DNA from: Antechinus flavipes
Lineage: Eukaryota
Assembly (NCBI RefSeq): GCF_016432865.1
Contig: NC_067399.1
Coordinates: 514,042,001 to 514,106,000, forward strand
Length of the DNA: 64,000 nt
Direction: 5' to 3'
The position numbers and the translations under genes were made by a program. The notes beneath the pieces were generated by a model, which was not told where the DNA came from, made no database searches, and saw only the letters and a program-made list of their open reading frames with translations. Numbering within the stretch: the stretch's first letter is position 1; every line of letters begins with the position of its first letter. Positions 60,831-64,000 of this stretch are shown piece after piece.

Positions 60831-63800
60831 ATGTTCAGAGCTGGAAGGAACATCCTACTCATTATCTCAACTTACTTCCTCATTTTATAGATGAGGAAAC
60901 TAAGACTTAGGTAAAACAATTTTCTCCAAATCATGGAGAGGCAGCTGGTAGTGCCCTTATTTAAATCCAGAGCTCTTTCCATGTATCTCAGCTCTTTTCA
61001 GGGATATTGTAGAGAGAAATTCTTGTGCAGATGAGAATAGACTATATTGTCTAAATGACATCCTTCCCTCCTCTGAGACTCTGATTCTAGGACCTTGTCC
61101 TGACTAAGTTATAACCAGCTTCCCATCAATTCTTGTTCCTGGGATTTTAACCCCCCCAATTCTTCAAGTCTTCCCCCCTTCCTTTCCTTGGAACATCTAA
61201 TTGCCTTGCTGGCCTGCTTCTTCTATGGATAAGTTTCTTATGGGCCTTCATTTGGGACAGGGGCCCAGGTTAATCCTTGCTTCATTGTTCTTCCCCCTTT
61301 CTGAAAACACTAAATCTCAAAGCTGAGTACTTTTATCACCTCCTCCTGCTCCTAATTTGCGTATTGTTTTCCACTATTAGAATGTAAGGGTCTTATAAAT
61401 ACTTTTTTACCCAGGTATATTTCTTCCCCTCAATTGCCTCCCTGAAGAACTACTACCTCCTTTGGGAATCCTCTCAGGCCTGTCTGAGAGTCTAGAGGAT
61501 TTTAATAGTCCTTTGTTTCCAGAACCAGAGCTTTTCCATATACTTCCAGTTCATGTCATGTGTCATAGGAATGTCGAAGGAAATTATGGGAAAACCTTGA
61601 GAAGATGGACTGAAAGACACGGGAAGCAAAGCATAAGGGGAAATGGCAGAGGAGGTTGGTGGATGATTAGAATCCTTCAGAGTGAGAAAGCAATCTGGGC
61701 TGTGGACTGGAAGTCGAGTAGCAAGCTGGAGAAGAAAATGGATGGCCAGTTAAATTCAAACCTTCCTTTTGGTTAGAATTCCATTCTCCCATAGCACACT
61801 TGCACCTCTCAGGGGATGCTTTGAGAACTGTAAAGAAAGGACTGATTTTAGTGGGAGAGGAGTATCAGGGGAACTTCCCAGCTTCTCATGTTCAAATTAT
61901 GTGTATGTATGCTTTTGTATGTGTATGGAAGGGAGACATTATCTATAATCAGTGATTGATAAAGAGTAAAACAGATCTGCAGTTAGGACTGGATTCCCCT
62001 GGGCAATTAGCAATACATGTTGTTTTTATTGAGAGAATACAAAAAGGACCTGGTCCTAGGTTTTAAATGTTTAATTATAGTTCAAGTGTAATAGAATCTG
62101 TACTTATATTCACATATTTGTGGGAGTCTGTTTGCAAACTAATAATAGCTCACATTCACGTAGCCCTTTAAGCTTTACAAAGGTTTACATGGGAAGAAGG
62201 TGATCGTCACCAGCATTGGCTTATGTACATATAAAGATTTAAACACAAAAATGGCAACACAGATGGAGAGACACATGACACACACATAGCCCCCGCAGTC
62301 AGAGCCATGAAAATTGTCTCTAGATTTTCCATGTTCTTTCTCTTGCTCTAGAAAAGGGGAGGAAGTGAGGTCAGTTAAAGGTCCCCTTTTTCCCATTTCT
62401 TGACTCCTCAGTTTTGTCCTGGAGAATTGGGGTACAGAAAAAGGACAGGGAAGAAGGAAGCTGTTTTCTAAGGAATTCCATGGAGTTAGTAGCCAGGAGG
62501 TCTCTCAGCTGGTAGGGGGCCAGTACCTCAGACCTATCCTCTGCAGATCCGGGGCGGAGGGGGGGGGGGAGGAGAGAGGGGGAGGGAGGATGAGATGGAA
62601 GAGAAACAAAGATAGGGACAAAGATAGAGAGAATACAATCATTCGCCATCCATGGGGAGGGTCATTTTGGTCCTCTTTGAGCACAAAGGACAAACAATGG
62701 GATAAGACTAGGTGACCTCTAAAGTCCACAACTAAGATTCTATGGGCAGACTCCGATTGAGTGGGAGAGGGTGTGGGTATGACCCCTTTCTTTCCTTTAA
62801 TTTCTTTTCTGTTCTCACCTTTCTTCTTAGGACTATAGATTTAGGACAGGTAGTCTACTTCTCATTATGCAGAGGAGGAAACTGAAATTTAAAGGGGTTT
62901 AAATGTCTTGCCCAAAGGTCACAGAGGTAACAAGAAGCAGATTGAGAATTTGGACCTAGGTCCTTTGTCTTTAGAGCCAGTTTTGCTACTGTGCACTGTT
63001 GCCTCTCATCCTCCTCTTCTATTTTCTCCTTTCTTCCCTTACACCTTTCTCCCTAACCTATCTCTTTCTTCCTATTCTCAGCCCTCCCTTAGCTCTTTCT
63101 CTTTTTTCTCCTGCTCGCTAGTCCTTCAGGTTGGTGGGTTATTTATGAATCCAATGACCAGTTCTCAGGGTGCTGCGGCTCTTGTCGACATATCCTTTCT
63201 GAGTCCTTCCTGGCCTTATTGTTAGTAAAGCAGATGATTATGGGGGCATTGGAGAGGAGAGAGTCCTAGGAGGGAATGACCATAAGGCTGGAGAAGGGAG
63301 GGAAGGGCAGGCATCTGCGTCGCTGTTCCCATTCTCCCTGCCCTGGTTCTGTAGCCATTCCAATGACTAGGAAGATATCAAGGACTATCTCTGATGGATC
63401 AGGGTAGAGAATCTGACTCTCCTGACCCCATCTCAATGCATACTCTTTGCTGGGAGAAAAAAGCAAGGTCCATGGGGAATGTAAAGGATCCCCAGATTTT
63501 GCATTTCTCATCCATATTATCCTTGATTACCCTCCTCTTAATTGGAAAAGGACTAGTGATCATCTTTTCTAATCCCTTCCTTTTGCCAGACCAGGAAAAT
63601 ACATGATTGGATATTTTGTATTGTATATTGTACGTTTTCTTATTTCCAATTTCATTTACCTTAGCTTATTAGATAAGTAACCTTGAGATCATTTAATCTT
63701 TTTGAACTCAGTTTTATAATCTGTAAAATGGATAATACTTCTACTATCTAAATTGTTATGTTAAATATGTTATGAGGAGAGTTATATAAACCTGAAAGTT

Positions 63801-64000
63801 AAGTGTGAGTTATTTTTTATTCTGCCAGCAGTCTTTCACTGAATTTTTCTCATCTCCTTCCTAATGGTTTCTCTTTTAGCTTCCTCTCACTCCACTTCAA
63901 TGCTGCTTTGACTGCTTTTCTTCCAAATCTGAGTCTTCCCAGATGCAAATGGAGACTGATGGAATAGAACATCTGATTGATTGTTAAAACTCAGTTTTCC

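Noticed and set aside
57400-64000. CDH24 3' exons expected from human synteny
   Set aside because: No cadherin cytoplasmic-domain coding sequence seen; the gene presumably starts beyond the window.

Overview
Mammalian genomic DNA, most likely from a dasyurid marsupial (inferred from WSINE1-type SINEs and marsupial-type L1 3' ends), with the gene order of human 14q11.2. Left to right: AJUBA (minus strand, exons 1-2; the rest is off the left edge), a complete C14orf93/RTFC orthologue (minus, 6 coding exons, 539 aa, about 15 kb first intron, two candidate CpG promoters), complete PSMB5 (minus, 3 exons, 263 aa) and, head-to-head with it, intronless PSMB11 (thymoproteasome beta5t, plus, 261 aa). 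Non-coding DNA is rich in MIR/Mar/WSINE SINEs, L2, L3, L1 3' fragments with target-site duplications (TSDs), a Tigger1 derivative, Charlie1-type MITEs and a degraded 7SL retrocopy. I find no evidence of a wholly new multi-gene system. The most interesting observations: a duplicated 12-mer carrying the FOXN1 core in the PSMB11 promoter; a tandem TEAD site in AJUBA intron 1; a Charlie MITE inserted inverted into its own family, giving a ~380-nt fold-back; a perfect 34-bp-arm hairpin; a 244-bp locally templated insertion; a uORF-laden C14orf93 leader; and an unexplained polyadenylated 3'UTR-like block at 39.6-42.7 kb. All alignments and family names come from reading by eye and recalled consensus sequences; no searches were run.
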